Assembly: GCA_000934665.2 (NCBI GenBank) | Contig: KZ538286.1 | Coordinates: 62,001 to 87,069 of the forward strand | Direction of reading: 5' to 3' | Length of the DNA stretch: 25,069 bases | Origin: Catajapyx aquilonaris | Taxonomy: Eukaryota | Shown: one piece after another, positions 1-10,491 of the stretch | How the letters are laid out: each line of letters begins with the position of its first letter | Position numbering within the stretch: position 1 is the stretch's first letter | Notes under the pieces: generated by a model | Databases searched by the model: none | What the model saw: only the letters and a program-made list of their open reading frames with translations | What the model was told of the DNA's origin: nothing | Program-made: the position numbers and the translations under genes

Positions 1-1163
1 CTAGTTACTGGATGAGAAATGTGGCCACTGAAAATAATTTAAAAAAAATAAATTCTGGCCAAAATCATTATGGTTTTCAATTATTTCAAATCAAAAATTC
101 TCGGAGCCATTGTTGGACTTTCTGGACAACCCTCGCGCCTTCTCGCAATCCATTACACCCCAGCATGAAAAGGGCTGGAGTCCAATAGACCTAACGAGCA
201 CCAGATACATTTGTCATCCCTCCTGTCCACAATCTGTGCCCCACATGGTCCTTCTTGCCCAGCGCCCATTACCAACCACCATGAAACTGACTTTCTGTCA
301 TCTGCTCCGCAACTTCCTTCCCAGAAATGTTCCCCTTGCTAACAATCCCCTTGGTTGTAATATACCAACAGAGGGTCACCTGGGGAGGGCACCAGCCCCT
401 TGGCCTTGGAGGAGTGAGAGCACACTCGACTGGTCCGGGTCAAAAGAAGGACCCAACCCTCCATATACCACCCATGGCTCCCAGAAAGTGACACCTAGTT
501 GGGGCACGTCAAGAGCCCTCAGTCAGAATAGAGACGCAGGCATGGCTATGGAGGGGGGAGCGTGAAAATGAGCAGCTAACGAGCAGGGGGGTCCCTCCCC
601 TTGGGGGCCGTTGGAAAAAGGAGGGGGTCACCTGCCGGGGAAATTCAAGAGCGACACGGATATAGGCTTCGACAATGGCTCTCCAGCGGTTTCCAATCAG
701 CCCCATGAGAAGCCTGAATTTTTTCTTCGGTAGCTGTGAAATTCGCCGCTTGCCCTGCCTTTCGAATCACGTCACGCGAGATAATCTCTTGCGACATGAA
801 AGTACCTTCGCGGTTTTTGTTCTTCGAGCAGGCGGACGTTTAAGGCAAAGAGGGACGCCAGACTCTTTCAGGATCAGGAGACTGGAAAATAAAAATGCGC
901 GGCAACCATGAAATTATTAGCCCGATTCCTTTGATCAGTTGTGAGTGGTCAGGGAAGCCAATGGAATCCGCCAGAGAATGGTACTGACGTCATGAGATTT
1001 CAATTGTTGAGAAGTAATTGCTGCATTCTCTGTAGCCATGGTCAGGGTCAGGAGCTCCAAGCCTCCTACTAGCAAATAATTCTGCTCAATTCTGCTATAG
1101 TTGAAGTACCACTACTTGGCACATAATACGATTCGTAGTCGGTACCAAAAATTTCGGCACTAA

Positions 1164-1620
1164 CAAGGGAAGTGCAAGTGATGTCTGTGGAGTTTCTGAA
1201 TCAAACTTGGCACAATAATATAGGCAGGTAAGTTATTAAAGAAAATGCAAATAATTTTGGCGGATGCCCATAAGGTCAAAAGTTATGACCTCTTGAACTC
1301 ACAAGGGACACTTTCCAAGGTCTCACCGATTTTCTTGAAATTCGGTGCATTGGTAGCCCCCAAAAATGGGTCACCGGGTCATTTTGAGCAGGTCACTTTA
1401 GGTGCGTTTTTCATCCCTTGGGGTGGGCTACCAATGTACCGAATTTCAAGAAAATCGGCGAGACCTTGGAAAGTGTCCCTTGTGAGTTCAAGAGGTCATA
1501 ACTTTTGAACTTATGGGCATCCGCCAAAATTGTTTGCATTTTCTTTAATAACTTACCTGCCTATATTATTGTGCCAAGTTTGATTCAGAAACTCCGCAGA
1601 CATCACTTGCACTTCCCTTG
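1164..1620. mobile_element. 457-bp foldback/MITE-like non-autonomous DNA element with ~196-bp terminal inverted repeats and a TAA target-site duplication
   Basis: 1164-1359 is the reverse complement of 1425-1620 with about 5 mismatches (counted by eye) around a 65-bp spacer. Termini are CAAGGGAAGTG...CACTTCCCTTG, with TAA at 1161-1163 and 1621-1623. No credible ORF. A TWA TSD is typical of PIF/Harbinger, but the superfamily assignment is inference. Confidence 0.88.
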
Positions 1621-2397
1621 TAAGCAGTCTTTCAGCCCGGGGATTGACCCCAGCTTAGTCATGACTGGCATCTGAGGTCAAGGGTTGTGCCAGCTCTATT
1701 CATCACTCTTGGTGACCACTGTAAGCAGAAGAATTTGACCCAGAACAAGTGGTTCGATCCTCAGATACCCACAGTTCAAACGGGTCCAAACTCGCAGCTG
1801 AAACAATGCTTTTCATTCATACACAATAAAATGTGAATTTCCAACAGTAACTGTTACACCTCCAATCCAATGTAAGAGGCTGTCATAAAAGCGAACGTGC
1901 TGCTGAAGAGCTGCAAGTTATCCAACCATCTGGATGACAAGTAGACGTGATATTCCGCTTGAGGTTAAAAGTAAACGTGGCCGACTGCTAGAGCAAGATG
2001 TTTAACTTCGGAAGGAGCTGTCACCGTTTTTCCTCCTCATGGTTCTTCTCCACGTGGTGGTGAAAACCAATCCGAATCCTCAGAGTGAGCCAGCAGAGGC
2101 AAAAAGGCTCTTTTTAAGTGAGCCTCTTTCAAGAGCCCAGCTGCGGGGACTTCTTAGACATTCAAAACTAGGGCCCTTTTGTGGACAAGCTGGGTTTTAG
2201 TCGAGCATAAACAGGGCTCACAGGAAATTCCTGATCTCATTTCCTCTTTAGTCACACGTTATGTTATCTGTGGGTTCAGAGGACCGAATTCAAGTCCGGT
2301 CAGTCAAACATCATCTGGTCTTCTGTAAAAGGCTAGGAGCCATCTAGTCTGGAACATAACAAAACAATATTTTAAATAATTTCTATCCGTATTATAT

Positions 2398-2619
2398 TAT
2401 TTGCTGGATTCGGATTGGTTTTTTGCTGCCGTTTAAATATGTTTCAGGGAACGAAAGTGTTTCTGTTGTGTTTATGGACTATTTGAAAATATTGTTAAAT
2501 AGTTTCTCTCAGTCCAGAAACAAGCCTCAATGTGAACCAACAGAAGCACTTTCGTGCCACGAAGGATATATTTAAACGACAGCAAAAAAAAAAAACCGAT
2601 CCCAATCCTGCAAAAAATA
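2398..2619. repeat. Degenerate inverted repeat (~70-80 bp arms), probable old MITE
   Basis: 2398-2468 (TATTTGCTGGATTCGGATTGGTTTTTTGCTGCCGTTTAAATAT...ACGAAAGTGTTTCTGTTG) pairs with ~2538-2619 (CAACAGAAGCACTTTCGT...ATATTTAAACGACAGCAAAAAAAAAAAACCGATCCCAATCCTGCAAAAAATA), with several mismatches and a homopolymer length difference. TSD not clear. Confidence 0.65.
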
Positions 2620-2965
2620 CCGGGTATCCCTTCAGGTAAAACTGCCAAAAATTCCCATGAATTTTCAGCGACCTTGCTCTATGTGTTAATGACCCTCCAA
2701 GTAAATTAAGGGCAGTTCACACGTGCCTGCAATGTGCAGAACTCGTTCGTTTCGTTATCACATTGTATGCGAACTATATATATTTTTTTCTTTCCAAAAA
2801 TATAGTACGTGCGCACACGTTTGGTCAATGATTAAAATCCCATTGGAAAGGACTGCCAATTTTCAAGCACAGGAAGGTTCCAAAAACCAACCGCAAAAGT
2901 TGTGGCAGTTAAAATAATTGCGGTCTTGTTGCATACTCGACCAGTCCCGAAGGCAATCTCGGTAC

Positions 2966-3022
2966 CTTCTTCTTCTTCTTCTTCACACGCCATTTCCTGG
3001 GTCACCTCCTCCTCCTCCTCCT
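2966..3022. repeat. Trinucleotide microsatellites (CTT)6 and (CCT)6
   Basis: (CTT)6 at 2966-2983 and (CCT)6 at 3005-3022, read directly. Confidence 0.8.
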
Positions 3023-5246
3023 TCTTGGCTCAAAAGATCGAGAGCTTGGATGTAATTCGAAGCAATCGCAATCCACCATCGGGTTCCAAAACAGGTTTCC
3101 TTTCCTACGGCCTCCACAGGCCTCTTCTTCTTTTCTTTTAGACCAGTCTTCAACCTTTGATCGGGAGGTCCAAAACGGAGAGTTTTTCGCTCAGAGGATG
3201 TCCTTTCATATTATAGAGCCTTGCAGTTTTGGGGCCAGAAAACAATCGACCTATTATGCAGTTTTTCTCACAGAAATTTATGGTCTATTATTCCTTAGTT
3301 TGAGGAGGATGAACATGAAGGGTGTTGAGTAATTAGTGGTTATGCAAATCAATGTGGTGACGAATAACATCCGCACAAAAATAGCACGACTTTTAACCCC
3401 CTAAAAATTTCTAGCAGCTACTGAGCTTTAAAAATGTTCAAGCCCAATAAATCTGGCTTAATGAGCTATACCCTCATTAAGGGCAATACCTTTTCCCGCG
3501 GTTTCAAATATATCATCGTTAACAATCGTTCGGCAAAAAATATCCTGAAACAAAGAACTGAAAATATGCCATCACGTAGTTTGATTAGACTAAATTGTTG
3601 CAACCTAAGCATGCTTGAAAAAATGGCGCCCATACCAAACCTGACATTGTTCACTTCTAATTTATAAGTAGCCTGCAGGCATCGTTTAATTAGCCTACTA
3701 ATGTGGTAATCAGAACCATTTTGTTTGCCCAACTTCCAACAATATCAGACTTGACGGAATGATAGCAGACCACTTGAAAAATTCGATAACTCAAAAATAT
3801 TCATACTATACAAAATCAGATGTCTGTGGGAAAAGGCCGATCGCCTTCCGTTGCTCTGGGCATCAAAGATGTGAAACCTAGCTCTTCCCAAACCCAACCT
3901 TAATTAGGTTATAGACCTGCAAAATATTTTCCCAGATGTCCTGCACGTGATCTCGTGTATATATAAAGCAAAACCTTATTAGTAACGCTTATTAAATAAA
4001 GTAATTATTATAGCTCCTTGATGTCAACTATAAACAGGAAGCGTCATTGTTGTACATACCGGAATTTAATTGAAGCCTATGTGGTAATACACCGTATCAT
4101 ACGTGTATTTTGCCCAATTATGAAACCCGTGTTACGTGTTGAAAGAAATCCATTTTGCACATAATTATTCAGTAGCACGAAATCATAATTACGAGCCCAC
4201 ATGCAATTTTACTATATATGTATATAACGGCTAAAAGACGACCTCGTTGTCATTGTGTGTGACCGAGTGTCAGCCACGATGTAATGACACCATTGACACA
4301 ACACCGCTCGTTAATACACTCATTTAAACAATCACAGAGGATAATATGCCGACATACCCAGTATTGTTCCGTCATTTTTAACGTTCCAAGTCCATACAGC
4401 TCCAGGAGTGAGCCCGTCATTAAGTTTAGTTATACCCTGCGCAACACCTCCTCGTGAATCAACCCATGTCAGGTGCAAGGGCTCGCTGATAATGATGCCT
4501 TAATGAACCAGATGGGAGTCGCCCCGCAGGCCATGAATTTGGGAACAACCAGGATGACCATCAAAAGAAATATTGTTGAGAACACCCCTCCACCTTCCAA
4601 GTGTTTTCTAAAGAAGGGTGCCTAATTTATAATCAAGGAACATGCGCGATCATCTAGTTCGTGAGAATGAGAACCGCGTTTCGTGCCCCTAAACAATGAG
4701 CTTGTTATTTACAATGCAGGGGGGTACGTACGAATCTGTACGCATTTCCCCTATGTTAGTTCAAATTATATGGAGGCACAACGGCATAGGTCAACAGAAA
4801 ATGGTTGTAAAAAATATTATTTCTGGTAGGATATCCGCGGCCAGCGACCCACAGACCATATGGACAAATCGGATGTTTAAACAGCATAAAAAAAAATTAA
4901 AGGGCACCTTCCGTTCGTAACGGTTGCTCCAAAAGTTCGGCCCAAAATTACACAGGCAGCTGCGAGCCAAAAATTTCGGTTCTAACGTCTCTTTAAACCT
5001 TGGGATCCGCGTCGTGTGGGCAGGAAGACCGTCACACTTGACCAATCACCCACAGAAAATGAAATGCGTAGCCTCAAAATCTGGCCCAGGATCACAGCGT
5101 GACTCTCACTAGCCCACTTGTGATCTGATCACAAACTTATAGAGGTCGCTGGCACAAATTGCACTGTGTAGTATACCAGTTGCGTGATCATTGTTGGTAA
5201 TCTATACCAATCTGGTCTAAAAATATTGTTTGTACCTCGTGCTGCC

Positions 5247-5344
5247 GGCCACCAGAGGCGCTACCGCCTCCCATTGCGCCGGCAGCGCCTCTGGTGGCCA
5301 GGAGAAGGAACTCGTATTTTAAAGACTATATGAAACACCCTGTA
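5247..5344. repeat. GC-rich hairpin followed by a Tc1/mariner-like terminus; probable MITE remnant
   Basis: GGCCACCAGAGGCGCT (5247-5262) and AGCGCCTCTGGTGGCC (5284-5299) form a perfect 16-bp inverted pair. The segment ends in GAAACACCCTGTA (reverse complement TACAGGGTGTTTC), a TA-CAGGGTG terminus typical of Tc1/mariner-derived MITEs. No intact left terminus was found. Confidence 0.5.
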
Positions 5345-6223
5345 GTCTGCCCATACTGAATACGTTTGATTTTTAAAACCCCATCAAAGCCCCTCAACCC
5401 TTAACCCCCCCCAAAAGGCGCGGTTCTTTCTTCGTGGGCAGAAACAGCCATGGCGCATCTCCTCAAAGGAACTTAAAAAAAAGTTCAAGAAATAATTTTT
5501 TTTAGCTCCACCTAAGCTGCACAATAGAAGTGGTCAACCTTGCGACCTCAATCAGCAATGTTCGCCCTACTCGGTCCTCATTCAAGACACTCCACCTTCC
5601 CCTTACTCTTTTTAGATGGCCAAGATAAGTTGCACCACGCCTTTCTTTAAGCATCTTTCGTCCGCTTAGGGTTGGGGGGACGCCATGTGATTTAACTAAG
5701 GCCCACCTTTTGGCCACAAAAAAACATGGGGGTTCAAAGAAAAGTGTTCGGAAACAAGAATTTCTTTGTAATGTGTCTTAGTGTCGACTCCAAATGGGGA
5801 AAACGTCAATTTTTACAACCAGATTTATAGCCACGTTTTCTTTTCTTTCGTTTGGTATACCTTGATCTATATTCCATAGTTCACTTTGTGGGTCTTTGTC
5901 AAGGGCTTGAGTCAGCTATTTCTAGAAAATGTAAGTCACCTCTAGGGGTTTGACATGCAAGGTTAATATTGTGCCACGTCGCCAACGCCTCTGGAGTCAA
6001 GGGCGAGGGCATAAATTTACACAGAGATTCGCTTCATGATTTCATGTCCAGTATTTGCACGTGCAATGTGTGCATGTCTGCACTGTGTTCATCCAGATCA
6101 TTTCGAAATTCTGCGAAAATTATAATTAGTCTATGAAATCGTGCACCAGACAATATTAATACTACTTTAGAGTTGTTGTGTGTGTGTGAGAGGCTTCTCA
6201 TTGGCCCGCCAAATTTGTTACCG

Positions 6224-6263
6224 ATTGCGCCGGCGCAATGGAAGGAGACAGCGCCTCTGGTGG
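6224..6263. repeat. Second, inverted copy of the 5249-5283 motif, overlapping a 16-bp palindrome
   Basis: 6229-6263 matches the reverse complement of 5249-5283 at 31/35 positions. ATTGCGCCGGCGCAAT (6224-6239) is a perfect palindrome. Confidence 0.6.
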
Positions 6264-9200
6264 ATGGGAGGAGGAACTATTGATCCCAGAAAAAGGACGC
6301 TCCCCAATTTTCCATAACAATCATCCCAAAACCTCAATTCCCACCATCTGTTGGGTGCACCCCCGAAACAATCAGCAGATTCATCCATATATGCTCCCCA
6401 TCGCAATTTACTTTATGACCTCGGTCTTCCTTCCTAAGAAAAAGGGGGCCGGCCTCTCGATCACTCAAGAGTACTGACGTTTCGTAAAGTGGATCTTGGG
6501 ATCTCCCACAAAAGGACGCCAGTCTTCATTCTTTTTTACAAGCGGTTCGCCAGGCCGAATAGAGTTCAGTTGAGAGCATGGTGGAGGGATGGACATTTAT
6601 CTCTCCCATCGGCCTTACGGGGTCATAATGTATTGTCTGGAGAATTCGGTATTGCTCTACGCCCCTTTAGAACAATGGGCAAGCGGATGAAGGAACGCGG
6701 CTTGGCATGGGAATGATGTGGGCCGAATAATTTAATGTGGTTTAAAACATTGGTTCAAGACCAAATAACGCATATGCAAAACAACCGCTCTGGATAATGC
6801 TACAAGCCGGTTTTGCAAGCCGAAAAATTGTGCAATTATCGCCCAACCTTGTACTTTTGTTGCCTTGTTTGTTGCTCCTCCCACACACAATTTTTTGAAT
6901 AATAAAAAAAGTATCTTCCGCCACACGCAGATTTATAGTTCAGGCCATTACACCAACATGACGCGGTTGTATGCCATGATGAGATTAGTCCATCAAGTAA
7001 CCCACTTTGGTTGGTTATTATCAATAAGGCAGACAATAGCATCCCATCCAAATCTTAATTTAGTGGGGCTCAAAAGATTGCAAAGTAGCCGCAGGATGTG
7101 ACACACATGGCCAGTCATCCAATGGCTGATTCTTTTATGTGATATAGGGAAAGTAATTAGGGAGCAAGAATTTTTGGGGAAGCAACATTTACGATAACGC
7201 TTTTGAAAAATTGACTATAAGTTCAGATTACAAGCAAGATTTATGCATGGAATGCGAAAGTGATGGTAAAAATATGACCTTTCATCACACTATGAATGGG
7301 ATCGTCTTTTGGATCAGATATGATGGCGTGACTAACAAACACGACATCACTGACAATAGTGAACAACCGTGTCATAATATGTCATGAGTTGCCTGAGAAT
7401 CTCATGTCACATATCACGTAGCGCATCAATTTCAACAGTATTACGACACCATTGAGAAATTCTCGCAGCATTTGCTTGTACGTTGTTGGTACCTCTCAAT
7501 GGCTTCATCTTTTTGCAAGAACAGCATAGATAGCTGATAGCAATCAGGAAATCGTTTGATATCAACCAGTCTAGCGTATAGGTATGTGCTTCGGAAAAGT
7601 GGTATCGAGATTCCCCACAAAACGCGAGCTCTCTCACCAATCAAACCCATACGTGGTGCCAACTTCCTTTAGATTTTTTTTTTCATGGCATCCAGAAGAA
7701 CCGATTCGAGAACCACCGAAGAGGAACCATTGCCACAAGTGTGAAGGTGCGGAAGGAAAAAGGGTGACGTAGCCTTTGTCAAAGCTCTTCCTTCTACTCG
7801 CCTCATAAAGTAAAACGGTTCGAGTCCTTCCAACCGAGACAAGGACCTCGTCCGGACAATGAAACAACCAACAAAAACGGGCTGCCGGATGCCTTAGCAT
7901 TCTTAACGTAACACCACAAGGCGCGTGCTTCGCTTGTGTCCTGCTCCAGTTGCTGGTCCAACTGTGCATTACCCTGTTATTTCACCCTGGAATTTCAATT
8001 CGGGGAGCTGGTGCCTCTCCCAAATGTTCCGTACATGGTGTTTCCGCTTGATACGGATACATGAACATAACCACGTGTCAATAATCGTCGGTTAGAAATG
8101 TCCGTTGGCCGCCATTTTGAATCAGGCGTGCCACCGACTGGTCTAAGGTGCTGCCTTGGCTGTAACAAACTCTCATCAAATTCAGATCTCTTAAAGCTGG
8201 GCGTGGAAAGAAGTATGAGGAATCTTCCTCGCCTATCTTTTCATGCGGAAAGTAGTGATCATGCCTAGCACGCCTTTTGTAACTGAAATAAGATGGACGG
8301 GTGCAGGGCCACCTGCTAGTTGCAATCGCGGCCTAGAAAGACGGGACCGACATCATATAGGGATTGCTCACGACTTTTATACCCTGAAGCAAGAGGATGT
8401 TGTTGGGAGATTTTCACGGTGTCACGGCTCATCGTATTCTGCTCTAGAATCGGGTCACGCTGGATGTTTGACACGATCAAGTTCACTTTTCGGTAACGCC
8501 CTGAAGTTATGTCTCGATTTCTTCAGAGGCCATCATATACAATAATTTTCTCTATATTATTTTGGGGATACATTCCTGTAAGAATAACGGCAAATAATGG
8601 CACTCATAAACACACAAAAAAAAACCATTTTCCAAAATGAAATGAAAAAATTCCCACCCAACAGTTTGGTGCGGGGTCTCTTCTGATGGTGATGATTCGA
8701 AAAAGGTGCCTAGCAATTTGACAGACGTTACATTACAATTTACTTTCCAAACCATTCCAACCCGGCAATTTGATGGGCCAGTAAGAAAAAGGCTAATATT
8801 GGGAAGGCTTTTTTCCCCCCATAAAAAATAACAACTGATGGAGAAAATTTTTGTTTGTAATTATTTAAGAGGGTTGTTCGAAGTTGATGGGGGGAAAGAG
8901 GGAATTCATTAAGGAAAGATCCCTCAGGGCATAAACCTTTATGGGAAAATCTTCGAGTGAAGAAATTTTTCCACTTTGCCCAAAAATCCAAAAAAACCAG
9001 TTGTATCATTACAGCTGTTGAGAAGGGCCACCATGATATTAACCTGCTTTGCTGATGTGTTACAATGTAATCAATTACGGCCTGTCTATCAGAGGATTGC
9101 AGTAATTGTTTGGCTGTGACTCTGACAACATGCTGAAACTTACATTGTGATTGGTTAAAATTTTCATTTACCATAGCAAACAACTACTGTAATCTTGGAC

Positions 9201-9578
9201 TAAACATACAGAGCATTATAATGTAGGTAGTGTACTGTACAGTGCGTCAGGTTTTATATGGACGATCAATTTGAGAGGAAGTGGTCTCTCTTATCCACCT
9301 TCAGATCTATCAAATAAGTTTTCATGTGAGGTGCACTAAACCAAAAATTGTTAAAAACTCTTAAAACAGTGTAAAACTACCAATGTCAGTAACAGTTTAT
9401 TAGCCCCAAAATGAATCTGAAAGTTTCCCGCTAGGTAAAACATTCAGTTTCATTTGACCCAATAAGTTTACGGAACATAAATTCCAGTTCTTAATTTACT
9501 CTGATAACTTATCGGACGTTAGTAACAGCTGGTTAGCATGAAAATAAGAAACAAGTACAAAAATTATAAATTCAGTCG

Positions 9579-9584
9579 TTTATT
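9579..9584 (-). promoter_or_regulatory. Candidate polyadenylation signal of EXOSC4
   Basis: AATAAA on the - strand ~25 nt downstream of the EXOSC4 stop codon. Confidence 0.5.
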
Positions 9585-9609
9585 TTTTCGGGGATTGAAA
9601 CAAAACATT

Positions 9610-10362
9610 TCACTCCATGCCCAGAGCATGGCCAACTTGTGCCACGTGCGTTCTGACAGCCTCATTTATGATGTCGTAAATGTCCTTGCAGCCTTTAGTG
9701 GCCAAATCCAACATTTTCTTTATGTGATCCGCATGAAACCGTTGGCTAATATCTAACAAAATAATCTGGCCTGAACTAGGCAAGGCAGCTACAGTCAGCT
9801 CAGGCCCACCTAGACTCTTCTCAATCATACTGAGATCCACCACAGGTGTATCTCGGAAGAAACTAGTAGTGCATGAACAAACATAATCTCGCATGGGGAT
9901 CCCTGCATCAATAAGGGCCAATGTGGCTGCATTGACACAGGCAGAGAAGTTGCCTCCGTCACTCTGGATGACCTCAACAAAGATGTCCACTTGAGAATTG
10001 GGCAGCAGCTCCCTCAGAATGGCTGCCGCAAAGGTGTTCTGAAGGTGAATCGAGGTCTCCTGTGATTTACGGTCTTCCCCCCTCCTGCCTCTCTTCCTCT
10101 CACTGGTACTGAAGCTGGCTGTGCTGTACTCGCAGTTGAGCAAAAGTTGGTCTGGAAGAGCCTTGCCTCTGCCTCCTCGTACTTCATGTGGGCCGTACAC
10201 TGTAGCCAATACCTTAGTGTTGCCCTGCTCCAAGTAGGCACTGCCGTCAGCTTCACCCAAGACACTGAGGCGGCACCGAATGCGCCTAAGCTCTCCTGGC
10301 CGACGCCCATCCACACGCAGACCTTGTTCAGACAGAACTTCCGCTACTGCTGAGGCAGCCAT
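9610..10362 (-). CDS. EXOSC4: Exosome complex component RRP41 (RNase PH-like core subunit), 250 aa, intronless CDS
   Basis: Diagnostic Rrp41 motifs: GLRVDGRRPGELR, ADGSAYLEQGNTKVLATVYGPHE, ASFSTSERK, SQVDIFVEVIQSDGG and NAATLALIDAGIPMRDYV. Full-length for the family. Confidence 0.97.
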   Translation of the reverse strand: MAASAVAEVLSEQGLRVDGRRPGELRRIRCRLSVLGEADGSAYLEQGNTKVLATVYGPHEVRGGRGKALPDQLLLNCEYSTASFSTSERKRGRRGEDRKSQETSIHLQNTFAAAILRELLPNSQVDIFVEVIQSDGGNFSACVNAATLALIDAGIPMRDYVCSCTTSFFRDTPVVDLSMIEKSLGGPELTVAALPSSGQIILLDISQRFHADHIKKMLDLATKGCKDIYDIINEAVRTHVAQVGHALGME

Positions 10363-10491
10363 TGTTTCTGTGGAAATAAGCCAAGTTTCCCATATGCTAT
10401 ACTACAAGTAGTTATACTTAGAGAATTGTCTGAAAAATTAGTGTTATCTATTGAATTGGTATGCTCTAAATATCCTTTTAATTTGTTACAG

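Noticed and set aside
110..565. 151-aa ORF from the ORF track
   Set aside because: Non-ATG start, no recognisable motif, and no splice structure linking it to other exons.
1245..1508. 87-aa ORF inside the foldback element
   Set aside because: Lies across the inverted arms, is far too short for a transposase and has no DDE motif.
2930..3230. Purine-rich minus-strand stretch resembling an acidic/basic coding exon
   Set aside because: All three minus frames hit stops, and the appearance is largely due to two microsatellites.
6865..6915. VAPPTHNFLNNKKSI resembles the CLCA exon peptide VAAPTKHNFLCDGKSV
   Set aside because: About 16 residues with a gap, lacking the conserved Cys and Trp and any flanking similarity; treated as chance rather than a duplicated exon.
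8740..9183. 147-aa minus-strand ORF
   Set aside because: Non-ATG start, runs into homopolymer-rich AT sequence, no recognisable domain.
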